Shown here: in pieces, positions 7,023 through 15,253 of the stretch
Layout of the letters: the number at the start of each line of letters is the position of its first letter
Numbering within the stretch: position 1 is the first letter of the stretch
Source: a virus
Taxonomy: Duplodnaviria > Heunggongvirae > Uroviricota > Caudoviricetes
Direction: 5' to 3' (one strand)
IMG/VR virus record: IMGVR_UViG_3300045016_000151
Span: 1 to 18,077 of that record
Length of the DNA stretch: 18,077 nucleotides
Program-made: the position numbers and the translations under genes
The notes under the pieces: model-generated
Database searches by the model: none
Told to the model about the DNA's origin: nothing
Seen by the model: the letters and a program-made list of their open reading frames with translations, nothing else

Positions 7023-8114
7023 ATGAGTACATTTATAGTACCGATTGTAACTATTAAAACTGTTATTAAACATCCAAACGCCGATTCATTAGATATACTA
7101 TCGTTTGAAGAAGTATCTTGGCAATGCGTAGATAAAATTAATACACGCAAACCTGGCGACATGGTAGTATATATTCCAATTGATAGTGTAGTGGACGTCC
7201 GTCGGCCAGAATTTGAGTTCTTAAAATCAAAGGCTAAGGCTGACTATTCTTGTCGTATACGTACAATCAGATTGCGTGGCGAGATTAGCCAGGGGTTGGT
7301 TATTTCTATGCCCAGCGATATGATAAAATGGCTGTGCGATAAAATTACTGGTCATAAAGACTGCGCACAAGGTATATCGTTTGATATACCAGGGCAGGAT
7401 GTATCGGAGTATTATGGTATAAAAAAATATGAGCCACCACCAGAAAGTATACCTCCTTTATCGGCAGGTAATTATCCAAGTTGGTGTGAAAAAAGCGATG
7501 CTGAACGATATCAAAACTATAATCGCACTATTGAGCCGTTTCGAGACCATGCATTTTATAAAACTATAAAAATGGATGGTGCCAGTATAACGGTATTTTA
7601 TGATGCGGAAACAGAACATAGCGGAGTCTGCAGCCGAAACTGGGAAATTAAAGAAAATAGTGATATCACAAGACTTGACAACTATTGGCTTATCGCGAAG
7701 AAATATAATTTACTCCAAATCGTAAAAGATATTGCTATGGATAAGGGTATAAAGCGCCTTGCGTTGCAGGGAGAGATGTGTGGTCCAGGCGTTCAAGGAA
7801 ATAAGATGGGACTTTCAGAACTACAATTTTTTGCCTTTGATATGTATAATGGTGATATTGGTGAATTTATCGAATATCCTTTCTTCATTGCATTATGTCA
7901 TTATTGGAAAATACCGACCGTCGAGATTTTAGAGGTTGGTACACTTGGGAAAGAACTCGATACTAATTTTGCGTATGTGTCACAATTGAAATATGATAAT
8001 GATTTACCTGCCGAAGGTGTAGTATATGTAGCAGTTAATTCACAGCGTGTAGGTACGCTTGGTAGACTAAAATTTAAATTTATCAACCCAGAATTTTTAT
8101 TAAAATATGATTGA
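7023..8114 (+). CDS. ATP-dependent RNA ligase, DRB0094/Rnl5-like (N-terminal OB-like domain + nucleotidyltransferase domain)
   Basis: IKHPNADSLD, GDMVVYIPIDS, RIRTIRLRGEISQGL (N-domain). Motif I IKMDGAS (KxDG), LQGEMCGPGVQGN, FFAFD, EGVV, FKFINPEFLLK. Confidence 0.9.
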   Translation: MSTFIVPIVTIKTVIKHPNADSLDILSFEEVSWQCVDKINTRKPGDMVVYIPIDSVVDVRRPEFEFLKSKAKADYSCRIRTIRLRGEISQGLVISMPSDMIKWLCDKITGHKDCAQGISFDIPGQDVSEYYGIKKYEPPPESIPPLSAGNYPSWCEKSDAERYQNYNRTIEPFRDHAFYKTIKMDGASITVFYDAETEHSGVCSRNWEIKENSDITRLDNYWLIAKKYNLLQIVKDIAMDKGIKRLALQGEMCGPGVQGNKMGLSELQFFAFDMYNGDIGEFIEYPFFIALCHYWKIPTVEILEVGTLGKELDTNFAYVSQLKYDNDLPAEGVVYVAVNSQRVGTLGRLKFKFINPEFLLKYD

Positions 8115-8721
8115 ACAAAAATGGGGGCAAACCCCCACCGCTTCGGAGGAAAAACCGAAGAATATCGAAATAGTTAAAGATCCTGCATTTGTTGAAGTAG
8201 TTGCAGTAAATAGATTTTATTTTTACTCCGAAATTGGTAGGGCGGAGGTTTTACAATTAAACCGACGTTTATTCGAAGCTAGCAACCAGTTATTAATCGA
8301 TGCGGCTGCACAAGAGCGCCCACCCGCAGAAATTTATCTGCACATTAACAGTTACGGCGGAAGTATCTTTGCAGGGCTTGCGGCAATGGACGCGATATTG
8401 CATTCAAAAATTCCCGTAGTAACCATTATCGACGGCTGTTGTGCGTCAGCGGCTACGTTTTTAAGCGTGGCCGGCAAACGTAGAATTATACGACCTAATG
8501 CTTATATGCTTATACATCAGTTATGGTCAGTAAGTTGGGGAAAATTTCGTGAGCTCGAAGATGATCATAAGAATAATAATAAACTTATGGACAAAATTCG
8601 TGAGATTTATGCAAAGTATACAAAGATTCCCGCAGAAAAAATAAACGAAATATTAGATCATGATCTGTGGTTTGACGCAAAGACATGCCTAGATTATGGA
8701 TTAGTGGACGAAATAATATGA
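8107..8721 (+). CDS. clpP: ClpP-family serine protease
   Basis: LHINSYGGSIFAGLAAMDAI, CASAATFL (Ser), MLIHQ (His), HDLWFDA...GLVDEI (Asp). Confidence 0.9.
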   Translation: MIEQKWGQTPTASEEKPKNIEIVKDPAFVEVVAVNRFYFYSEIGRAEVLQLNRRLFEASNQLLIDAAAQERPPAEIYLHINSYGGSIFAGLAAMDAILHSKIPVVTIIDGCCASAATFLSVAGKRRIIRPNAYMLIHQLWSVSWGKFRELEDDHKNNNKLMDKIREIYAKYTKIPAEKINEILDHDLWFDAKTCLDYGLVDEII

Positions 8722-8729
8722 GTTGCTGC

Positions 8730-8762
8730 ATTGTGCCCACACTATGCGGGCACAATAATTTT
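8730..8762 (+). terminator. intergenic hairpin, possible weak intrinsic terminator or processing site
   Basis: ATTGTGCCC (8730-8738) / GGGCACAAT (8748-8756) perfect 9-bp inverted repeat with a 9-nt loop, then AATTTT. Confidence 0.5.
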
Positions 8763-8774
8763 ACAAGGAGAAAA

Positions 8775-9056
8775 ATGAATAAAAGACATTGGTTGTTTAT
8801 ATTTATTGTGATATTTTTATTATTAACGGTGTCGGCAATTGCAGATTACAACAGTAATAATTACTGGGTAATCGATTTTCACGCTAACTTAGATACACCT
8901 GTGCTAGTAAGACCATTTTATGCGAAAAGTGGACGTCTATATGGATTATATAGAGCATTTGATTGGCAGACCGGCAATATTATATACATTACAGTGTTTG
9001 AAGGGAACGGCGTTCATCAGATGTGTGTTGCACCTATTACAAGAGCATCTAAATGA
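8775..9056 (+). CDS. secreted or membrane-anchored protein, 93 aa
   Basis: SD AAGGAG 8765-8770 and ATG 8775; signal-peptide-like MNKRHWLFIFIVIFLLLTVSAIA. Start moved from 8685. Confidence 0.75.
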   Translation: MNKRHWLFIFIVIFLLLTVSAIADYNSNNYWVIDFHANLDTPVLVRPFYAKSGRLYGLYRAFDWQTGNIIYITVFEGNGVHQMCVAPITRASK

Positions 9057-9280
9057 AATATCAAGCTGAGCATTACAACGACGTTTTACAACGGGCACAA
9101 GCCGCGGTGGTACATTTACAGGCGCAGCCTTTAGTAAATACCTGTGCTATGGAATTACAATCCATAATTAAAAAACATACTATTCAAGAAGCGGCTATCT
9201 GGATCCTGGCTATTCAACAAACTCAAGGCGTATTAATGCGTAGTGCGTTAGATATAAAAGATGTTGAGGTAGTACAATAA
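9053..9280 (+). CDS. hypothetical protein, 75 aa
   Basis: ATGA and TAATG couplings at both ends. Confidence 0.7.
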   Translation: MKYQAEHYNDVLQRAQAAVVHLQAQPLVNTCAMELQSIIKKHTIQEAAIWILAIQQTQGVLMRSALDIKDVEVVQ

Positions 9281-9591
9281 TGGAAGGTGTATTTATTACC
9301 ATTGACTTTAATGATGTAAAAGATAAAAATGACCTACCAGTTAACGGAGTATTTGACTTCATCGATCGAGTAGTCAATTACAACTACAATCGGGTGGTTA
9401 TTTTTATTTCGGACATCACAAAGAAAAAACAAATCGAAGATTGGTTAATTGAGCAACACTCACCAATGTTAATTCACATACAGATACAAGCTGTAATTGT
9501 AACCAATGTAATTCCTCAATCACTGTTGTACATAAGTTCCAGAGCGTTGCGGTTCATTAACTGGGCTGACGCAGAAAGGTATTTGCTATGA
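9280..9591 (+). CDS. degenerate capless HAD-superfamily-like protein
   Basis: ITIDFND..LPVNGVFDFI..VVIFIS..IEDWL..VTNVIPQSLLYISSRALRF aligns by eye to the IxIDFDG..PxxGAxEFI..IVIFT..IxxWL..VTNxKPPAxxYIDDRAxRF pattern, with catalytic residues substituted. Confidence 0.55.
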   Translation: MEGVFITIDFNDVKDKNDLPVNGVFDFIDRVVNYNYNRVVIFISDITKKKQIEDWLIEQHSPMLIHIQIQAVIVTNVIPQSLLYISSRALRFINWADAERYLL

Positions 9592-9752
9592 CAAAAAATC
9601 CGGCTGTAATTGCTTTATTGGCGTTATTAGTCGTTGTGGCAGGGTATATTTTATTTAAAGCTATTGAATTTGTATTACCAATTATTCTTATAGTTTGTGG
9701 TATTGCGGCGGTTGCATTTATTCTTGGATATTGGGCAAGGAAACAAAAATGA
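9588..9752 (+). CDS. 54-aa two-TM membrane protein, not in ORF track
   Basis: ATGA overlaps at both ends; MTKNPAVIALLALLVVVAGYILFKAIEFVLPIILIVCGIAAVAFILGYWARKQK*. Confidence 0.75.
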   Translation: MTKNPAVIALLALLVVVAGYILFKAIEFVLPIILIVCGIAAVAFILGYWARKQK

Positions 9753-10051
9753 ACGAGAAATTTATAATTCGGGGGATTACAAGTGTAATAGCATTATTTT
9801 TTGTGCTCATCACTTATTATTTGGTAGGACTTATGAGTACAATCGTAAGCATCGTTATGCCGCTAGTGTATATATTATTAGTAGATAAACTCTGCACGAG
9901 GGACTATTTAGGAGATGAACTAGTATTATATATTGTTCTTATATTTATTGTTGCAGCTATGTGCGGTTTTATATGTATAGGCACGTTTATCGCCTGGACG
10001 CTGTTAGAGTCCTTTTTTGTACATATTTGGTTAAGATCAGGTGATAAATGA
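9749..10051 (+). CDS. multi-pass membrane protein, 100 aa
   Basis: ATG 9749 in an ATGA overlap (preferred over 9695); three to four hydrophobic segments. Confidence 0.75.
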   Translation: MNEKFIIRGITSVIALFFVLITYYLVGLMSTIVSIVMPLVYILLVDKLCTRDYLGDELVLYIVLIFIVAAMCGFICIGTFIAWTLLESFFVHIWLRSGDK

Positions 10052-10386
10052 TTTATGCGGATGGTAGTGGTTGGAATGGCGAACGTTCAGCATGGGGGCT
10101 TGTTCTAAATGATGGACGTAAAGCAATTTTTGAAACCGACAAAAAACGCACAAACAACGAAACCGAATATCTAGCGGTAATTGCTGCCTGTGACTATGTT
10201 ATACGCGGAGAAGAAATATTGACAGATAGTCGTCTTGTATATGGCCAAATAAATGAAAAGTGGAAAATCAATCACGCTCATCTACATGAACTATATACCG
10301 TTTTAAAAAAACGATTGTCCGAAACAGGTGCGAGTGTCCGCTGGATTCCAAGAAAACAAAATAAAGCAGGAAAATTATTTGAATGA
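10048..10386 (+). CDS. ribonuclease HI family protein
   Basis: IYADGS, TNNETEYLAVIAA, ILTDSRLVYGQI..KWKI, WIPRKQNKAG. The D-E-D carboxylates are present; the C-terminal Asp of N-x-x-AD is replaced by G. Confidence 0.88.
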   Translation: MIYADGSGWNGERSAWGLVLNDGRKAIFETDKKRTNNETEYLAVIAACDYVIRGEEILTDSRLVYGQINEKWKINHAHLHELYTVLKKRLSETGASVRWIPRKQNKAGKLFE

Positions 10387-10604
10387 AAATAAATTGTTTA
10401 ATTAAGCACCATGAGAATTTAGGGCTGTATCGCATTGAAAATAAACAGTTTGAGGTGGAATTAGATCATATACCCAATACGAATAGTACGTTTGCGATAA
10501 GTACGGGCGAGTGTGCCGGCGTATATAGTGTCTCAGCACCAATTTATGAGCTCGATGATGCAAAAAGTAACCCATCAATAACTATAATACTAACACAAAA
10601 ATAA
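10383..10604 (+). CDS. hypothetical protein, 73 aa
   Basis: ATGA-coupled ORF. Confidence 0.65.
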   Translation: MKINCLIKHHENLGLYRIENKQFEVELDHIPNTNSTFAISTGECAGVYSVSAPIYELDDAKSNPSITIILTQK

Positions 10605-10606
10605 CT

Positions 10607-11488
10607 ATGAAAACTTCCTATTCCGAAATTGTCAGCACCAAGAAGCAGCACGATTTACTTATTGCTGCAAATCAGGAAATGCTGACTCCGGCGCACACAG
10701 ATGCGCACAACACGTTATTAATCTTAATTGATTTTCAGCAAGATTTTATGCCCAATGGGGCGCTGGGAGTACCAGGCGCAGATCAGGATGTTATGCGTGT
10801 CACAAAATGGATCTACGATAATATTGCAAAGCTTACTACGATTGCAGTTTCTATCGATACCCATAATCCTTTCCAGATATTTCACCCATGTTGGTGGGAA
10901 AACGAAAAAAGCGAAAATCCTCCTCCGTTCACTGCCATCTCTTTAGCCGATCTCGATTCTGGGAAATGGCGTCCAGTAATCTTACCAAACCATTCCCGCG
11001 AATATGTTGAAGCACTTAGTAAGTCCAACAAAAAAGTGCTTGTTATTTGGCCTTATCACTGTTTGCAGGGAACGCAAGGTTGTGCATTAGATCCCCAGAT
11101 AAGTAATATGGTATATTTTCATAGCGTGGCCAGGAAATCTATGGCTATCCGCATTGTAAAAGGCACCGATCCTGGTACTGAGATGTATGGTATTATCAAA
11201 CCAGAATGGGATCCGAAGAATTTTGTTAATATTCAGTTCCTGAATAAACTGGAACAATACCAGCAAATTGTCATTGCGGGTGAAGCAAAGTCGCATTGTG
11301 TATTAGAATCCATATTACAGATGCTTGAGCATTACAAACAAAGGCCAGAAATTACAAAACGAGTGTTTATTCTCGAAGATGCAATGAGTATTATTCCGGG
11401 GTTTGAAGGCATTACCGATGCAGCATTTAAAGATTTTAAATCCAAATATCAAGTAAATTTAACTACAACTAAGGATTTCGCACTATGA
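10607..11488 (+). CDS. pncA: nicotinamidase-like cysteine hydrolase (isochorismatase family, long form)
   Basis: LILIDFQQDF (catalytic Asp), SIDTH and IWPYHCLQGTQG (metal ligands), VKG (Lys), GEAKSHCV (Cys nucleophile). Substrate is inferred. Confidence 0.82.
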   Translation: MKTSYSEIVSTKKQHDLLIAANQEMLTPAHTDAHNTLLILIDFQQDFMPNGALGVPGADQDVMRVTKWIYDNIAKLTTIAVSIDTHNPFQIFHPCWWENEKSENPPPFTAISLADLDSGKWRPVILPNHSREYVEALSKSNKKVLVIWPYHCLQGTQGCALDPQISNMVYFHSVARKSMAIRIVKGTDPGTEMYGIIKPEWDPKNFVNIQFLNKLEQYQQIVIAGEAKSHCVLESILQMLEHYKQRPEITKRVFILEDAMSIIPGFEGITDAAFKDFKSKYQVNLTTTKDFAL

Positions 11489-12150
11489 ACGAAGAAAAAA
11501 CGGTACTTGGTTTAGATGAATTAGAGATCGAAAATACTTCTATCGAGGAAATCGATAGTGAGGAAGTACACCTAGTATGTGTAGCCGTCGATGCTTCTGG
11601 ATCTATGTCGCCATATGTCGAGGATATGAAGAAGTGTTTAGCGGACTTTAAAGGTGCGTTGACAGCATCAAAAGAAGAGAATAAAATCTTACTTGCCAGA
11701 GCAACTTTTAGTGATATTACTGATATTAGTGGCTATAAACCAATCAAGGATTTTGATGGGTCATATTCAGCCGCCGGTGGTACTACGTTGTATGATGTAA
11801 TAGTTGAAAGTGCCACAAAACTCACAGAGTACATGGATCATCTGAAGAGCCAGGGCATGCGTTGTCGCGCTGTTATTGCTGTCTTCTCTGATGGTGAAGA
11901 TACCTGTTCTCGTAAAAGCGCCGCTAAAGCACGTCAAGCCATTGAAGCTTTAAATAACAAAGAGATCACCACGGCTTTTGTATCGTTTGGCGGTGAAGCC
12001 GATACTGTAGCGAAAGATCTCGGATTTAAGAATCTTTTAACCGTGCAAAGTTCTGCACATGATTTACGAATCGCATTTAATTGTTTATCGAAATCTGTGA
12101 TCGAAAATTCAAAAGCAGTAACTCCTTCACAGGATGCGTTTTTCGTGTAA
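11485..12150 (+). CDS. von Willebrand factor A domain protein (TerY/YegL-like)
   Basis: Complete MIDAS: VAVDASGSM (DxSxS), GGTTLYD (T), VFSDGED (D). Confidence 0.9.
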   Translation: MNEEKTVLGLDELEIENTSIEEIDSEEVHLVCVAVDASGSMSPYVEDMKKCLADFKGALTASKEENKILLARATFSDITDISGYKPIKDFDGSYSAAGGTTLYDVIVESATKLTEYMDHLKSQGMRCRAVIAVFSDGEDTCSRKSAAKARQAIEALNNKEITTAFVSFGGEADTVAKDLGFKNLLTVQSSAHDLRIAFNCLSKSVIENSKAVTPSQDAFFV

Positions 12151-12158
12151 GATATTTA

Positions 12159-12191
12159 GGGTCGGGGAGTTAATCTCTCCGACCCCATTTT
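12159..12191 (+). terminator. GC-rich hairpin, putative intrinsic terminator
   Basis: GGGTCGGGGAG-TTAAT-CTCTCCGACCC (11 bp with one G-U pair) followed by CATTTT. Confidence 0.65.
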
Positions 12192-12446
12192 ATGGAAACA
12201 CGTAGATACTCGATTTGTTGTAATGCATCACCTGTACAGGAATTATGTGTATATAATCTGATATATCACGGTTTATGCAGTCGCTGTAGAGAAAACTCAA
12301 TTTTTTATACATTAGCACAATTGGAGCGTTTAGATGGTAATCAACAAAATAGGAAAATATCATTTAGATTCGGGATTGAACAAGCAGGATATTGGTTACG
12401 AGGACTCGAAGATAAAATTTGTGGCGGACGGCTGCGGAGAAAGTAA
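12192..12446 (+). CDS. small Cys-rich (Zn-binding-like) protein overlapping the phosphatase gene
   Basis: YSICCNA...GLCSRCREN motif in the N-terminal half; the last 113 nt overlap the next gene. Confidence 0.6.
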   Translation: METRRYSICCNASPVQELCVYNLIYHGLCSRCRENSIFYTLAQLERLDGNQQNRKISFRFGIEQAGYWLRGLEDKICGGRLRRK

Positions 12447-13041
12447 GTTTTCCGAGTTTGGGGTAATTATGGCTTATTGGTACTTTAAGAAATGCGCTGC
12501 GCTACGAGAACTCGAATGCGGCGCTTATATGGATACTCCACACTTAAGCCATATGTTCAATCACATTGCCTCAAGATTTGACTTAACCACAAAACCAACG
12601 GCCCTCGATCAAATAAATTTAGACTTTATCAGAGAATGTTTATTATTTACTACGCTATTACTCTTTGAAACTCAAGATACCTTCGAAGCTGAAACTATAG
12701 GAGATGGGTTTTTGATTCTTATAGATCACAATGATAAAATTACATTTGAAGAACTGGCACCAACGGAAAAATACGTCCCATTTTTTGCGTATGATTTTAT
12801 CCCTGAAACACGATTAAGCACACACAAAGATCCCATAGAAATAAAAAAGTATTCGTTTTCTAAGTCACAATATAAATGTGTTGGACTGGCTTCAGATGGA
12901 CTTCGGTTTTATTTTAAACTTCCACCGCTATTGCAAGAAGAATTTCTTAAGTTATTAATAAAAGGAAAGGAAGTACCGGTTAAGCTTTTCATAAATCGTA
13001 ATTATTCATATTTTCAGGATGATATCACAATAGTACTATGA
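12334..13041 (+). CDS. PP2C-like protein Ser/Thr phosphatase (YegK/TerY-P type)
   Basis: GKYHLDSGLNKQD, VADGCG, IGDGF, LASDGL, QDDITIV; the metal-binding Asp motifs are present. Confidence 0.85.
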   Translation: MVINKIGKYHLDSGLNKQDIGYEDSKIKFVADGCGESKFSEFGVIMAYWYFKKCAALRELECGAYMDTPHLSHMFNHIASRFDLTTKPTALDQINLDFIRECLLFTTLLLFETQDTFEAETIGDGFLILIDHNDKITFEELAPTEKYVPFFAYDFIPETRLSTHKDPIEIKKYSFSKSQYKCVGLASDGLRFYFKLPPLLQEEFLKLLIKGKEVPVKLFINRNYSYFQDDITIVL

Positions 13042-14741
13042 AAATAGATAAACGTACACTAGGTCTACCAATTGCCGAAGGCGGTGAAGGGCAAATCTAT
13101 ATTGGCAAGACTACCGGAGATGTACTTAAGGTCTTTAAACCCGGGGCTGATCTGGATGCCAAAAGAAATAAACTCGAAATATTATTACATACAAAATTAC
13201 CCACTACAGTTGTAGCTCCCAAGGATTTACTATACAATTACGCAGGTGATTTTATTGGGTATGTGATGCCTAATTTGCATGAGATTGAGGAATTTAGAGC
13301 ACTGACAAGTCGAAAAACACTTGCAGCATATAATATACATATAATAGATATTCTTCATATGCTCGTATCGGTTCGTGATACAATTTTAGAACTACATCCA
13401 CAAAATATTTTTATTGGGGATCTAAATGATGCCAATGTGGTATTTACTGGGGGGCTGGACGCGCGTATTCTTGACGTTGATAGCTGGAGCATTGGTTCTT
13501 ACCCATGTGTAGTGGCAATGGATTCATTTAAGGATCCTAAATTGAAAGGAACTAATTTTAATGCGAACACTGATGCGTATTCTTTTGCGATTTTGGCTTT
13601 TAAGAGTCTTACCAGATTACATCCGTTTGGTGGTACGGTTAGCCCTAATATGGATCTTCTTGAGCGAATGTCTAAGGGCCGTTCCGTACTAAATCCAAAA
13701 GTAAAAGCAATTATACCACGAATCATAGATCCCTGGGAATATATGTATCCAGGATTTCTCGAGGACTTGTCTCGAATATACGATCAAGGTGTTCGAATAA
13801 TGCTTGTAAAATCATTGGATGAGTTCGCAGAAAACCTAACGCGTTGTCAAGCACATGGCAATGATTACTATGCAAAGTATGATAAATGTCCGGTATGTTT
13901 TAAGGCCACATTAAAGCCGATACAACCACAAAAAGTTCCGACAACAGCTGGTATTATTATGACTAAAATATTTGCAAGTAGAGATCGTGTAGAACTTTTA
14001 AATGATAACTCGTATATAGATTCAAATGGATATGTATGTCATATAAAAACAGCGGCGCAGGCACTTATACACTTTGGCGAAAAGACTTATTTTTATGATG
14101 ACGGTACCAAGTTAACAACTAATACCGACAACATTTTTTTGGGATCGGCTACAATACCAAAATTACATAACAGTAACGTAATAATAAAGCCGGCGGATAA
14201 ACAATTCTTCTATGTTTCTCCTAACCTGACACTACATAAGTGCAATATTGTTGGTGCGGCAGGAGTCTCGCCACAGGTATTAGCGCATGTTGCTATAAAT
14301 CACGTTTATTCAGTGGCTTCTGATTCATATTGTGTTATTAATTTTTATGATCATAAAACTATTATTGAAACCGATAAAAATTTTATCGAGTTAGCCGATA
14401 TTATTCGACCGACAAGCTACGGACTGCATTATGATGATATTACTAAAAGATGGTTATTTATATATGAATCTACGACGGGTAAGTTCGTCACATATGTCAT
14501 TGAGAAAACAAACGTCTTATTTAAGAATGATGCATTAAGATATAATGTACCTTTAGATTCTTTAGCATTTCATTCAAATACTATTTATACTGCGCACACT
14601 GATTTAGTGCGCGGATATAATTGGAAGAAAAATGAATATAAAGATTTTAACTGCATAGGTACTGAGGAAGGTGCAATGCTAATGTTCAAGGGTAAGAAAA
14701 TCATTATTATTAATCAAAAAGAAATATATGAGGCAGGTTAA
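13038..14741 (+). CDS. Ser/Thr protein kinase (YegI/TerY-P type) with Zn knuckle and long C-terminal domain
   Basis: IAEGGEGQIY (Gly loop), VLKVFK (Lys), IGDLNDANV (catalytic loop), ILDVDSW, DAYSFAILAF..LTRLHPFGG; then CQAH...CPVC and a beta-rich tail of about 270 aa. Confidence 0.9.
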   Translation: MKIDKRTLGLPIAEGGEGQIYIGKTTGDVLKVFKPGADLDAKRNKLEILLHTKLPTTVVAPKDLLYNYAGDFIGYVMPNLHEIEEFRALTSRKTLAAYNIHIIDILHMLVSVRDTILELHPQNIFIGDLNDANVVFTGGLDARILDVDSWSIGSYPCVVAMDSFKDPKLKGTNFNANTDAYSFAILAFKSLTRLHPFGGTVSPNMDLLERMSKGRSVLNPKVKAIIPRIIDPWEYMYPGFLEDLSRIYDQGVRIMLVKSLDEFAENLTRCQAHGNDYYAKYDKCPVCFKATLKPIQPQKVPTTAGIIMTKIFASRDRVELLNDNSYIDSNGYVCHIKTAAQALIHFGEKTYFYDDGTKLTTNTDNIFLGSATIPKLHNSNVIIKPADKQFFYVSPNLTLHKCNIVGAAGVSPQVLAHVAINHVYSVASDSYCVINFYDHKTIIETDKNFIELADIIRPTSYGLHYDDITKRWLFIYESTTGKFVTYVIEKTNVLFKNDALRYNVPLDSLAFHSNTIYTAHTDLVRGYNWKKNEYKDFNCIGTEEGAMLMFKGKKIIIINQKEIYEAG

Positions 14742-14989
14742 TGAAATTTCAACAATGGAAAGAGAATTTTAAATGCAAAGCATGCGGAGAATTAAATGAG
14801 GATCTGTTAAAGGCCGTAGTTGTTGCCACCGGCATCACATGTTGCCCCAATTGTGATGAAGTGTTAATTCTTGATCGCAAAACAAACAACTATGTTGGTT
14901 GTCAATGTACAGAGGATGAAAGAATAGCGGCATCCAGACGAAAATTATTTTCTGACACACTATTTAGCGACATAGAAAGGATGCATTAA
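14741..14989 (+). CDS. small Zn-ribbon protein, 82 aa
   Basis: CKACG...CCPNC...CQC; TAATG coupling to the kinase stop. Confidence 0.7.
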   Translation: MKFQQWKENFKCKACGELNEDLLKAVVVATGITCCPNCDEVLILDRKTNNYVGCQCTEDERIAASRRKLFSDTLFSDIERMH

Positions 14990-14995
14990 TATAAG

Positions 14996-15253
14996 ATGAA
15001 CTGGAAATGCTGTAAAAAGACAATTGTCGATGCCCTCTATAACTATGACTTAATTGATATTCGATATAAGATTATCGGTTGCCTAGGTAGTATGTTAATA
15101 GGAAGTATTATTTATATTTTCGATCATAGTTTGGAAGGCCTTTTGTATTGGTGTTTTGGTGCAATTATGCCATGGCCTATTATTCATGTGTTAGTACGTA
15201 CGAAAGAATGGTATGAAAGCTACGTTACTTATCGAGAACAAAGACTTCATTAA
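14996..15253 (+). CDS. small membrane protein, 85 aa
   Basis: Two hydrophobic segments (IIGCLGSMLIGSIIYIF; LLYWCFGAIMPWPIIHVLV). Confidence 0.7.
   Translation: MNWKCCKKTIVDALYNYDLIDIRYKIIGCLGSMLIGSIIYIFDHSLEGLLYWCFGAIMPWPIIHVLVRTKEWYESYVTYREQRLH

Noticed and set aside
4514-10946. Alternative-frame + strand ORFs 4514-4747, 9697-9888 and 10728-10946
   Set aside because: Nested within or straddling better-supported, translationally coupled genes; no SD or motif.
2712-11488. Assignment to the known NARP1 or NARP2 pathways
   Set aside because: No PRPP-synthetase-like Adps, Namat/Nampt or Nmnat gene is visible in this window; they may lie elsewhere in the genome.
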